Assembly: GCA_049966495.1 (NCBI GenBank)
Contig: JBMFUN010000001.1
Location: 1-52,973, forward strand
DNA length: 52,973 nucleotides
Source: Candidatus Micrarchaeia archaeon
GTDB taxonomy: Archaea > Micrarchaeota > Micrarchaeia > Micrarchaeales > Micrarchaeaceae
Direction: 5' to 3'
Under the pieces are notes generated by a model. It was not told the DNA's origin and made no database searches. It saw only the letters and a list, made by a program, of their open reading frames with translations. A program made the translations under genes and the position numbers. Positions 1-7,461 of the stretch are shown piece by piece (position 1 is the stretch's first letter; every line of letters starts with the position of its first letter).

Positions 1-460
1 TATTCAGATAATAGATGAACACAAAAATATTTATTAGTATAATAGCGGCAAGAATGTAAAGCGCATTGTCTGCAATCATCACATTAAAGGCAAACGCCCC
101 GCTTGCGCCTACTATAAAACTTACTATTGATGCTAATATGCCCATTTGGCAGCCGCAGCCGCTGATGAGGCCGCCTACTACCACGCTAGCTACGCTTGTT
201 GCCGAGGCGGTGGTATCTGCCCTGTTTTTTCTTGTATTGGCAATTGCATAGATTGCTATCGTAAGCGTCATCGCAGATGAGATGCTGAGAAGCAAGATTA
301 TATAATTAGGCGTTGTTTGCACGAATATGCCATTGCTCTGCACCTTAATGAGAAGCTTAACTAGGTAAAAATATGCTATTGCTATTATTGCATTTATGGC
401 TATATATTTCTTTGTATAGAGAGCTTCCAGTGCTGTTGCTACCCTCACCACTTCACTCAC
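1..460 (-). CDS. Partial multi-pass membrane protein (C-terminus beyond the window edge) with an intramembrane GGLISGCGCQMG motif
   Basis: Manual translation of the minus strand: the frame is open from the stop at 467-469 down to position 2. It is missing from the ORF track because there is no stop inside the window. About 4 hydrophobic helices (YIAINAIIAIAYFYL, NYIILLLSISSAMTLTIAIYAIA, VVVGGLISGCGCQMGILASIVSFIVGA, LYILAAIILINIFVFIYYL). Candidate GTG starts at 460, 451 and 448 overlap or abut the stop of the upstream gene. The start is uncertain. Confidence 0.45.
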   Translation of the reverse strand, partial: MSEVVRVATALEALYTKKYIAINAIIAIAYFYLVKLLIKVQSNGIFVQTTPNYIILLLSISSAMTLTIAIYAIANTRKNRADTTASATSVASVVVGGLISGCGCQMGILASIVSFIVGASGAFAFNVMIADNALYILAAIILINIFVFIYYLN

Positions 461-1584
461 GAGGCATTAAAGATAATATTCTCCATCTTTTGTATCGCAG
501 GCTGGCTGCATATCGATGGGGTGTTATTAAGAGACGGGCATAATTCTGCTATGTAGACATCTGCAGCTGCATATTCCTCTTTCGCAAAGGTTGTGTTGAA
601 GCTTGACAATTGAGAGAGTATTTGCCCGTGCGTCATATAAGAGATAGGGGGTAGATTGGTAGGCTGGCCGGGCTGCTGTGTTCCAAACACCGTCGCATCA
701 GCACCGCCCTGCACGACATTGCCCCATATTGAGAATGGAGTACCGACAAACATTCCTGTTTTGTTGATCAAAATAAGTGCATTCTTGTATGTTGAGTTGG
801 GCGCAATGTTGATGAAATAGCTCACTCCGCCAGGTGGAAATTGAAAGCCGCCTGTTATCTGCGAATCGTAGTCTATGGACAAGAAGTTTATCAGATTGCT
901 AGAAAACTTGTTGCCATATGTTGCACTACCTTTCGATGTATAGTTGTCCTGGCTCCAGTAAACTGTTGGGATATCACCGTCGCCAAAAGATCCATAACCT
1001 GTGTAAAGATTGTTGAACGAGCCAAATCTTGAAAGTGCAAGCGCCATCGCCCATTTGTTCTCCGAGCAATACGCACACGAGATTGCACCTAGATATATTA
1101 CACTTGGCTTCCCATTTACCACATATGTGCTCACAGTTGGCATGTGCTTCACTAGGAATACGGCACCTATGTATGAGCCATTCTTGTAGCTCTCTCCAAA
1201 TGGGTTTCCTGGGGATGTGTTGAATACCATCTCCCCCGCCTGCTCGAAATAGCTGTTTGGCTCATTGTTTATGGCTGCAAGCTCTGTGTTATTAAAAGGC
1301 TTGTCTATGTTTGTAAGCCTTGTGCCAAACGCACTGTAATTTGCACTGTTATTTGCCTGTGGCAATTTGCTGGGTTGCACTGGCTGCACAGAACTTAAGC
1401 TGTTTATTTTGGCATTTAGCCCAGAAACGCTAAAATATGTGAAGAGAACAGAGCCTACTATCATAAGCACAAGCACAACAGCTATTATCTGCAGCACGCT
1501 TATATTTTTCTGAATATCAGAAACCTTCACCTCTATGCTCTTCTCCTCTTTTTTAATGCCTTCTATGTTATTAGGACCTTCCAT
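457..1584 (-). CDS. Membrane-anchored extracytoplasmic thioredoxin-fold protein, DUF929-like, with a CxxC motif
   Basis: Track ORF 457..1728, trimmed to Met49 (MEGPNN..., ATG at 1584) because the longer form overlaps tatD and its N-terminus looks like non-protein sequence. Single N-terminal TM (ISVLQIIAVVLVLMIVGSVLFTYF). The motif IYLGAISCAYCSENKWAMALALSRFG matches my memory of the DUF929 C-x-x-C..RW signature. Many N-x-S/T sequons. Confidence 0.6.
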   Translation of the reverse strand: MEGPNNIEGIKKEEKSIEVKVSDIQKNISVLQIIAVVLVLMIVGSVLFTYFSVSGLNAKINSLSSVQPVQPSKLPQANNSANYSAFGTRLTNIDKPFNNTELAAINNEPNSYFEQAGEMVFNTSPGNPFGESYKNGSYIGAVFLVKHMPTVSTYVVNGKPSVIYLGAISCAYCSENKWAMALALSRFGSFNNLYTGYGSFGDGDIPTVYWSQDNYTSKGSATYGNKFSSNLINFLSIDYDSQITGGFQFPPGGVSYFINIAPNSTYKNALILINKTGMFVGTPFSIWGNVVQGGADATVFGTQQPGQPTNLPPISYMTHGQILSQLSSFNTTFAKEEYAAADVYIAELCPSLNNTPSICSQPAIQKMENIIFNAS

Positions 1585-1620
1585 AAAGCTCACACATAAA
1601 ATAAAATGGGCCCATAAACA

Positions 1621-1628
1621 TTTATAAA
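1621..1628 (+). promoter_or_regulatory. TATA-box-like element (TTTATAAA) about 26 nt upstream of the tatD ATG at 1651
   Basis: Palindromic TTTATAAA in the 66-nt divergent spacer between the 457..1584 gene and tatD. The spacing fits an archaeal leaderless transcript. Sequence pattern only. Confidence 0.3.
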
Positions 1629-1650
1629 GTTGAGCATAAAAATAAGGAAT

Positions 1651-2439
1651 ATGCCTCAAAGGGAGCAGTCTATTGAGAAGACAGAGGAGACTCTTTCGAT
1701 AACTGAAATGGCTGATGCACACTGCCATTTGGATCTGCTTGGCAATGATGAAATTTTGAAAGCAATAAAATATGGTGTGCAGATAATGATAAGCGATGGT
1801 GTTGATACAAGATCAAATGTTGAGGTGCTGAAGCTCTCCGATCAGAGGCACATATTCGCCGCTATTGGCATAGACCCCGAACATTCTTTAATAGGCGAAG
1901 ATGAGCTTGAATTCAACATAAACCTAGCAAAAAGCAACTATGGCAAGTTGGTTGCAATAGGAGAGATAGGCCTTGATGCAAAGTTCATGACAACACAAGA
2001 GGCAAAAGACAAGCAGAGGCATGTTTTCGAAAGGTTCTTGGAGCTTGCCATTGCCCTCAACCTGCCGGTGAGCGTGCATGCGAGAGGTGCTATAGGAGAA
2101 GTGCTCGACTTGCTAGAAGAAAAGGGGGTGAAGAAGGCGCACCTCCATTTCTTCGAGGGCAGCATAGAGCAGGCAAAGCGTGCCGAGAGGAATGGTTATA
2201 TGATTTCAATACCCCCTTTGAAATCCTCAAGAAGGGATAGGATTATTAAGAATGTTGCAATAGATTATATAATGGCTGAAAGCGACGCCCCTATGGCTGG
2301 GAAGAGCCCCATAGATGTGGAAAAGTCCATACAGATGGTTGCATTGGCAAAGGGCATCTCATTTGAAAAAGCGGCTGAAACGCTTTTAATCAATACAAAA
2401 AGATTTTTCAATATTGTGCCAGATATTATGCGCAGCTAG
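1651..2439 (+). CDS. tatD: TatD-family metal-dependent hydrolase/DNase
   Basis: Track ORF 1630..2439. N-terminal ADAHCHLD motif, internal GEIGLD, SVHAR, ESDAP. The ATG at 1651 is preferred over the TTG at 1630. The ATG at 1708 (MADAHCH) is an alternative. Confidence 0.85.
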   Translation: MPQREQSIEKTEETLSITEMADAHCHLDLLGNDEILKAIKYGVQIMISDGVDTRSNVEVLKLSDQRHIFAAIGIDPEHSLIGEDELEFNINLAKSNYGKLVAIGEIGLDAKFMTTQEAKDKQRHVFERFLELAIALNLPVSVHARGAIGEVLDLLEEKGVKKAHLHFFEGSIEQAKRAERNGYMISIPPLKSSRRDRIIKNVAIDYIMAESDAPMAGKSPIDVEKSIQMVALAKGISFEKAAETLLINTKRFFNIVPDIMRS

Positions 2440-2527
2440 GGCCCGTAGCTCAGCTTGGACAGAGCGGCAGCCTTCTAAGCTGATGGCCGTGGGTTCAAAA
2501 TGATTCATGAAAATCCCACCGGGCCCG
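2439..2527 (+). tRNA. tRNA-Arg (anticodon UCU) carrying a 14-nt insertion in the T-loop
   Basis: Hand-folded. Acceptor GGGCCCG/CGGGCCC. D-arm GCUC-AGCUUGGACA-GAGC. Anticodon arm GCAGC-CUUCUAA-GCUGA (U33, UCU, A37). T-stem GUGGG/CCCAC. Between the T-stem strands lie 21 nt instead of 7; UUCAAA...U is the canonical loop once 14 nt are removed. Discriminator G at 2527. Confidence 0.85.
2500..2513 (+). other. Putative non-canonical tRNA intron in the T-loop of tRNA-Arg
   Basis: Removing atgattcatgaaaa restores the T-loop UUCAAAU. The exact junction is ambiguous within the A-run (any position from 56/57 to 59/60; equivalent intron 2497..2510). Confidence 0.6.
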
Positions 2528-3002
2528 TTTCTTCTTTTTTATTTTCTTCCTCTTCGCTTTCGCCCACACTAGCTGGCGCTTGCCCATCGATAGCTTGGAA
2601 CCTCCTGCCCCCGCGCTTTGCCTGCTTTTCTATGCGCGCATTGGCAAACTCAATACTTAAGTCTTCTTCTGCGTTGCTGTCCATCCATGCCTTGATATAT
2701 GTTGCAATGTTCCTGAACGGCTTCGTGAACCTATCGGTGAGCTCATATACATTGTTTTCGTGCTTCAGCAAGCCTACCTCCACGCCGAAGTCTAAATACC
2801 TCTTTGCCGTAGCAATTGGTATGCTAGGGGGCACTTGCTTTAGCCTAAGCTGCTTGTTTTTCTTTATTTCAAGAAGCAAAGAGGCAAACCTATATGCCTC
2901 GGTATCATTGTCAAAGAATATCTTGGCTATTTCCCTTACGTTGAGGTTTTTCATCTTTTCCTTGAGCGGTGCATCCTCAAATTCCCAGTATTTTATCGAC
3001 AT
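2505..3002 (-). CDS. Hypothetical protein, probable winged-helix DNA-binding domain with an acidic C-terminal tail
   Basis: Track ORF of 165 aa. HTH-like stretch IATAKRYLDFGVEVGLLKHENNVYELT. Acidic tail GESEEEENKKEE. Its last 23 nt lie antisense to the tRNA-Arg 3' half. Confidence 0.55.
   Translation of the reverse strand: MSIKYWEFEDAPLKEKMKNLNVREIAKIFFDNDTEAYRFASLLLEIKKNKQLRLKQVPPSIPIATAKRYLDFGVEVGLLKHENNVYELTDRFTKPFRNIATYIKAWMDSNAEEDLSIEFANARIEKQAKRGGRRFQAIDGQAPASVGESEEEENKKEETGPVGFS
2528..2548 (+). terminator. T-rich tract directly after tRNA-Arg
   Basis: tttcttcttttttattttctt follows the discriminator base. Oligo-T tracts act as archaeal terminators. Confidence 0.35.
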
Positions 3003-3041
3003 ATTATCACGCTAAATATTCTGCAGGCAAAAAATTTAACA

Positions 3042-4133
3042 CTATTTTATGAAAGTTATTGTGTCGCCATCATCAAGCACATGCATCGCACCAACCTTTT
3101 GGTTTTGGAACTTCGCGCTAGGCCCGGTCAAATAGGCACATTTGAGGCTGCCCTTAAGCTCTGTGTGCACTTTGGCGGCTGCATCAGCCACTGTGGCACC
3201 CTTGCGAAGAATGATGGGCTCTGGATTGCCCCCTTTTGGCTTTAAATATATCGTCATCAACCCTAGCTTATTGTATATGTGCTCTTTAAGCTCTTCTATG
3301 TTTATCTGCTCTGAAGCACTTATCGGCACGACATCCATTCCATAGGCCTTTTCAACTTCGCTTGCAATGCTTTTGTAATCTGAAACGGTGTCAATCTTAT
3401 TCAATATTGCAACCGCTTTTATATACCAAACCCTCCCGCTTACTATTGCGATGAACTCATCAACATCCAGCCTTTCTTCTATTGAAACACGTGCGTCGAA
3501 GATTCCAAAACTTTTGAGGATTGTCTTCACGTCGCTATCACTTATTCCTGAATTATTCTTTTCTATCTGTATTCCTAAACCTGAGTTTGCTTTTTCTATT
3601 CTCACCTTTGGCCTTTCTTTGTTTATCATCACGTTTAGCTTTTTCAGCTCGCTAAGCAAAATTCCGAGCTTGTCATAGCCATAAACATCCACAACGAATG
3701 CTATCAGGTCTACGGTTTTGAGTGCAGATATCACAGTTTTGCCATTGCCAAGGCCGGAATTTGCCCCCTCTATAATGCCCGGCATGTCAAAGATCTGTAT
3801 ATGTGCATTTTTGTATACAAGCGTACCTGGAATTATTTCAAGCGTGGTAAAGGCATGCGGTGCGACCTTTGATTTTGTCCCTGTAAGCGCATTGATTATT
3901 GTAGATTTACCGGTGTTTGGATAGCCGAATAGCGCAACTGTGGCATCACCATTCTTCTTTACAAAAAACCCTTTTCCGTGCTTGCCCTTGCTGGACTCTA
4001 TAATATCTCTTTTTACTTCTGCGATCTTCCTCCTGAGTATCCCTAGATGCTTGTCAGTTGCCTTGTTGTACTTTGTCCTTGAGTATTCCTCTTTAAGCTC
4101 CTGCAACTTCTCTTCAAGCCCATTTTTGTTCAA
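3042..4133 (-). CDS. DRG/Obg-family GTP-binding protein with a C-terminal TGS domain
   Basis: G1 GYPNTGKST, G2 FTT, G3 DMPG, NKID. C-terminal TGS-like segment (RKGATVADAAAKVHTEL...HVLDDGDTITF). Confidence 0.9.
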   Translation of the reverse strand: MNKNGLEEKLQELKEEYSRTKYNKATDKHLGILRRKIAEVKRDIIESSKGKHGKGFFVKKNGDATVALFGYPNTGKSTIINALTGTKSKVAPHAFTTLEIIPGTLVYKNAHIQIFDMPGIIEGANSGLGNGKTVISALKTVDLIAFVVDVYGYDKLGILLSELKKLNVMINKERPKVRIEKANSGLGIQIEKNNSGISDSDVKTILKSFGIFDARVSIEERLDVDEFIAIVSGRVWYIKAVAILNKIDTVSDYKSIASEVEKAYGMDVVPISASEQINIEELKEHIYNKLGLMTIYLKPKGGNPEPIILRKGATVADAAAKVHTELKGSLKCAYLTGPSAKFQNQKVGAMHVLDDGDTITFIK

Positions 4134-4392
4134 TTCGAAACACCATTAGCGTGGTAAATTTCTATTTACCTTTATAAACAAATGTTTATCTTTATTTTAT
4201 TATCATTTGAATATAATTAAATATATATTTATCGAATATAAAATTATAAAAGTGACAGAAATGGCAAAGAAAAAGGGAAAGGCTAAGAAGCGCAAGTAGA
4301 GGGTTGTTACCTTCTACTTTTGTTTTTTTCTTTTTTTGCTTCGTTGTTTTTATGTTCTTATTGTCTTTATCGTCTATGTTTCGCTTTTTTGC

Positions 4393-5694
4393 TTATATTT
4401 CATCCAATTTTGAAAATCTCTTCCTAAAGTTGCGGTCATTTTTGAACATTCCAAAAACTTTCTTCAGCTTGTTGAAATCCGATATAAGGCTCCTGACATC
4501 CTTCTCACTCGTGCCACTGCCCATTGCGATGCGCTTTATCCTTCCGCTTTCGTGAAGCAGGTGCTCGTTCTTGCGCTCTTCTTTTGTCATAGAGTCTATA
4601 ATCACCTTGTATTTTTTCAGCTTTTCCTCGCTCTGCTCTATCGTGTCTTTTGGCACGTCAGGCGCACCAAGCATGCTAAAAACATTTCTCAGAGGGCCCA
4701 TTTTGCCCATCGCCTTAAGCTGCGCATAAAAGGTCTCAAAGTCAAGCTTTTCAATATCAACCTCTTCAGGCTTTATTGAAGCCTCCTTTATCGCTTGCTG
4801 CACGTGCTCTATCAAGCCTGCGAGGTCTGGTACTCCAAGAAGCGAGCCTATGAACCTCTCGGCATTGAAAGGCTCTATGTCCTTCAGCTTTTCCCCGGTA
4901 CCGATGAACATTACCTTTGCGCCTGAGGCATTTGCAGCGCTCAATGCACCTCCACCTTTTCCAGATCCATCCATCTTTGTTATTATTATACCAGATATGC
5001 CTATTGCCTCGTTGAACTCGCGCGCCTGCTTTCCGGCAACTTGGCCTATGTCTGCGTTTATAACAAGGATCTTTGTATCTGGATTGAAGACCTTTGATAT
5101 CCTCTTCAGCTCTTCTGTCAGCGCACTGTCAAGCGCATTCCTTCCGCTTGTATCACATATCACTACTGCTTTGTCCTTGAATTTTTCCATGCCGAGCTTT
5201 GCAATCTTTGCCGCATCCTTCTCACCCTGCATGCCGAAGAAAGGTATGTTTGCCTGCTCTGCAAGTGTTTTCAACTGCTCGTATGCTGCTGGCCTTGAAA
5301 CATCGCTGCAAATCAATGCGGCGCTCAGCCCCCTGTCCTGGTAGAACTTTGCGAGCTTTGCCGCTGTGGTGGTCTTGCCAGACCCATAAAGCCCTGCAAG
5401 AAGTATGCGCTGCCTTTTCATCTCTGGCTCATATGTTGAGCCCACAAGCTTCACAAGCTCGCCATATACGATATTTGTTATGTAATCATGTGGCGAGAGC
5501 CCTTGTGGGGGCTTGCTTTTCAACGCCTTGTCTTCGATGCTCTTGGTGAAATCATAGACAAGCTTTACATCAACATCGGCGCTGAGCAGCAGCTTCTGAA
5601 GATCCTTTGTAAACTCCTTTATCGTCTTCGCGTCTATTATTGTAGAGCGCGTGATCTTCGCCAACGCCTGCCTCAGTCCTTCTCCTAGGTCCAT
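4393..5694 (-). CDS. srp54: Signal recognition particle protein SRP54
   Basis: NG domain motifs GLYGSGKTTTAAKLA, DTSGR, TKMDG. Met-rich M domain (LKAMGKMGPLRNVFSMLG). Confidence 0.95.
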   Translation of the reverse strand: MDLGEGLRQALAKITRSTIIDAKTIKEFTKDLQKLLLSADVDVKLVYDFTKSIEDKALKSKPPQGLSPHDYITNIVYGELVKLVGSTYEPEMKRQRILLAGLYGSGKTTTAAKLAKFYQDRGLSAALICSDVSRPAAYEQLKTLAEQANIPFFGMQGEKDAAKIAKLGMEKFKDKAVVICDTSGRNALDSALTEELKRISKVFNPDTKILVINADIGQVAGKQAREFNEAIGISGIIITKMDGSGKGGGALSAANASGAKVMFIGTGEKLKDIEPFNAERFIGSLLGVPDLAGLIEHVQQAIKEASIKPEEVDIEKLDFETFYAQLKAMGKMGPLRNVFSMLGAPDVPKDTIEQSEEKLKKYKVIIDSMTKEERKNEHLLHESGRIKRIAMGSGTSEKDVRSLISDFNKLKKVFGMFKNDRNFRKRFSKLDEI

Positions 5695-5940
5695 AAAACC
5701 ACAAAAAGCACTATATTATGTCATCTCTTCTCCCTTATAAACCTATCGCCATTCGTTGCACACAACACATGCGCAACTTATCTGTGCAATCTTCGCATTT
5801 TGTTTATGTGCCTTTTTTCGGGCTCCTTTTCAGCAATTTGCTGCTATACAAAATACATATAGCTACATTTCCTACTAATTTTACAATTTTGCATACATAT
5901 AATTATATATTTTGAATAGAAGATAGAAGTAGGTAATATC

Positions 5941-7080
5941 TTGAAACTCTTGATAGCCCAGTCTAATCTGGTGTTGAAAGGCGGTGCTGAAAGAGTCGTG
6001 CTGAAGATAGCGGAGCACTACAATGCAAAGATTTACACCGCAGAATATGATAAAAGGAGAACATTTGAAGAATTCAAGGATCTTGATGTAGAAGTGATTG
6101 GAAAGAATGCATTGTTGAAGCTATTCCCCTATGGAAGAATCTCGCAGGGCCTGAACTATGGGCTTTCATTTTACGATTACAAGATAAAGGATGATTATGA
6201 TGTTTTAAATGCACATATAGCACCAAGCCATTGGATAAGAAACAAAAACGACAGGGTGCTCTGGTATTGTCACACCCCGCTGAGGGATGTTTATGACCTT
6301 TACGAATACAGGCTCTCGCTTAGGAAGCCCTATCAGAGACCTATTTACAAGATTGGAGCCGCAGCCGTGCGCATGATTGACCAGCACATCGTAAAGAACA
6401 TCGAGCGCATTGTAGCAAACAGCGCCAACACAAGATCAAGGATTGAGAAATATTATGGGAGGAATGATGCAATTGTGCTCGGCGGGGGCATAGATTATGA
6501 AAAATTCAGGAATGATGGCGACAAAAAATATTTCTTCTACCCATCGCGCATTTCCCCCAACAAAAGGCAGGAATATGTGCTGCATGCATTCGAAATGCTC
6601 AAGAAACGCTTGCACGGATACAAGCTTGTGCTTGCAGGGGATGTCTCGAAGGACAGGTTTTATTATGATTACTACTTGAGAATAAAGAAGCTTGCTGAGA
6701 GAATAAGCGATGTCAGGATAGTCGAAGGGCCTCCAGATTCAAAGCTTATAGACTTGTATGCAGGCTCTACTGCTGTGCTCTTCTCTGCGATAAATGAGGA
6801 CTACGGACTTGTGCCGCTTGAAGCAATGGCAAGTTCAAAGCCCATAATCTCTGTAAACGAAGGAGGCCCGAGGGAAACAGTGATAAATGGCAAGACCGGA
6901 TTCCTAGTGAATAGCGTCAAAGAGATGGCCGACCGTATGTATGAAATAGCGCAGGATGAGCAACTTGCTGAGAGGATGGGGAGAAATGGAAGGAAAAGGA
7001 TAGTAGAGAAATACTCGTGGAAGCATTTCTTCAAAGAATACGACAAAATACTCAAGGAAATGGCGAAAAAATCAGGCTGA
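5941..7080 (+). CDS. Glycosyltransferase, GT4 / Glycos_transf_1 family
   Basis: N-terminal GGAERVV. C-terminal EDYGLVPLEAMASSKPIISVNEGGPRETV (E-x7-E region). TTG start; there is no in-frame ATG near the conserved N-terminus. Confidence 0.85.
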   Translation: MKLLIAQSNLVLKGGAERVVLKIAEHYNAKIYTAEYDKRRTFEEFKDLDVEVIGKNALLKLFPYGRISQGLNYGLSFYDYKIKDDYDVLNAHIAPSHWIRNKNDRVLWYCHTPLRDVYDLYEYRLSLRKPYQRPIYKIGAAAVRMIDQHIVKNIERIVANSANTRSRIEKYYGRNDAIVLGGGIDYEKFRNDGDKKYFFYPSRISPNKRQEYVLHAFEMLKKRLHGYKLVLAGDVSKDRFYYDYYLRIKKLAERISDVRIVEGPPDSKLIDLYAGSTAVLFSAINEDYGLVPLEAMASSKPIISVNEGGPRETVINGKTGFLVNSVKEMADRMYEIAQDEQLAERMGRNGRKRIVEKYSWKHFFKEYDKILKEMAKKSG

Positions 7081-7386
7081 CGATTTTTGCTGTGCTGTGC
7101 CCTCGTTTTCCGCTATCACATATTTCGATATTACTTTTGCGGCGTAGTCAAGAACTTTTTTTATGTTTGCTTCTGTATTGGAGCCTGTGCATATCATTTT
7201 TCCATTCTTGAATAGTATGATCTTAGCCTTGGGATTGTCGACCCTGAATATGGCACCTGGGAACTGCTCAGGCTCGTAGTCGACCGCTTTCACCTCTTTG
7301 GATAGGGCGTAAAGATCTATGGCTGCATGAAGGTCCGCGCTCACGACAATATTCTGGACCTTTATAGAAGGCATGCCTATTTGCAC
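7072..7386 (-). CDS. Single-repeat TATA-binding-protein (TBP) fold protein, 104 aa
   Basis: IKVQNIVVSADLHAAIDLYALSKEV..VDYEPEQFPGAIFRVDNPKAKIILFKNGKMICTGSNTEANIKKVL matches one canonical archaeal TBP repeat (IxNIVAS.., YEPEQFPG, LIFxSGKxVCTGAK). There is no second repeat on either side: a 75-nt promoter spacer lies upstream and a convergent GT gene lies downstream. Confidence 0.8.
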   Translation of the reverse strand: MQIGMPSIKVQNIVVSADLHAAIDLYALSKEVKAVDYEPEQFPGAIFRVDNPKAKIILFKNGKMICTGSNTEANIKKVLDYAAKVISKYVIAENEGTAQQKSSA

Positions 7387-7461
7387 TTTTTTGGTATTTT
7401 TCGGCGTTCAACCACCAACCATTAATAATTTATGAATGGAAATGTTTTTATAATAGAGTGA

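Noticed and set aside
1585-1728. 48-codon N-terminal extension of the DUF929-like ORF (track start 1728)
   Set aside because: The extension overlaps the tatD coding region on the opposite strand and would remove the divergent promoter spacer. Its sequence (MAVCISHFSYRKSLLCLLNRLL...) is unlike a signal or anchor. Met49 immediately precedes a normal N-terminal region with a TM anchor.
2500-3015. 171-aa plus-strand ORF starting inside the tRNA-Arg T-loop insertion
   Set aside because: It is an antisense shadow of the better 2505..3002 ORF. The product is Ser/Leu/Phe-rich and low-complexity, and its ATG lies inside a tRNA gene.
5718-5915. 65-aa ORF in the srp54 / glycosyltransferase divergent spacer
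   Set aside because: The region is AT-rich promoter sequence with TATA-like elements for both flanking genes. The product is hydrophobic, low-complexity and implausible.
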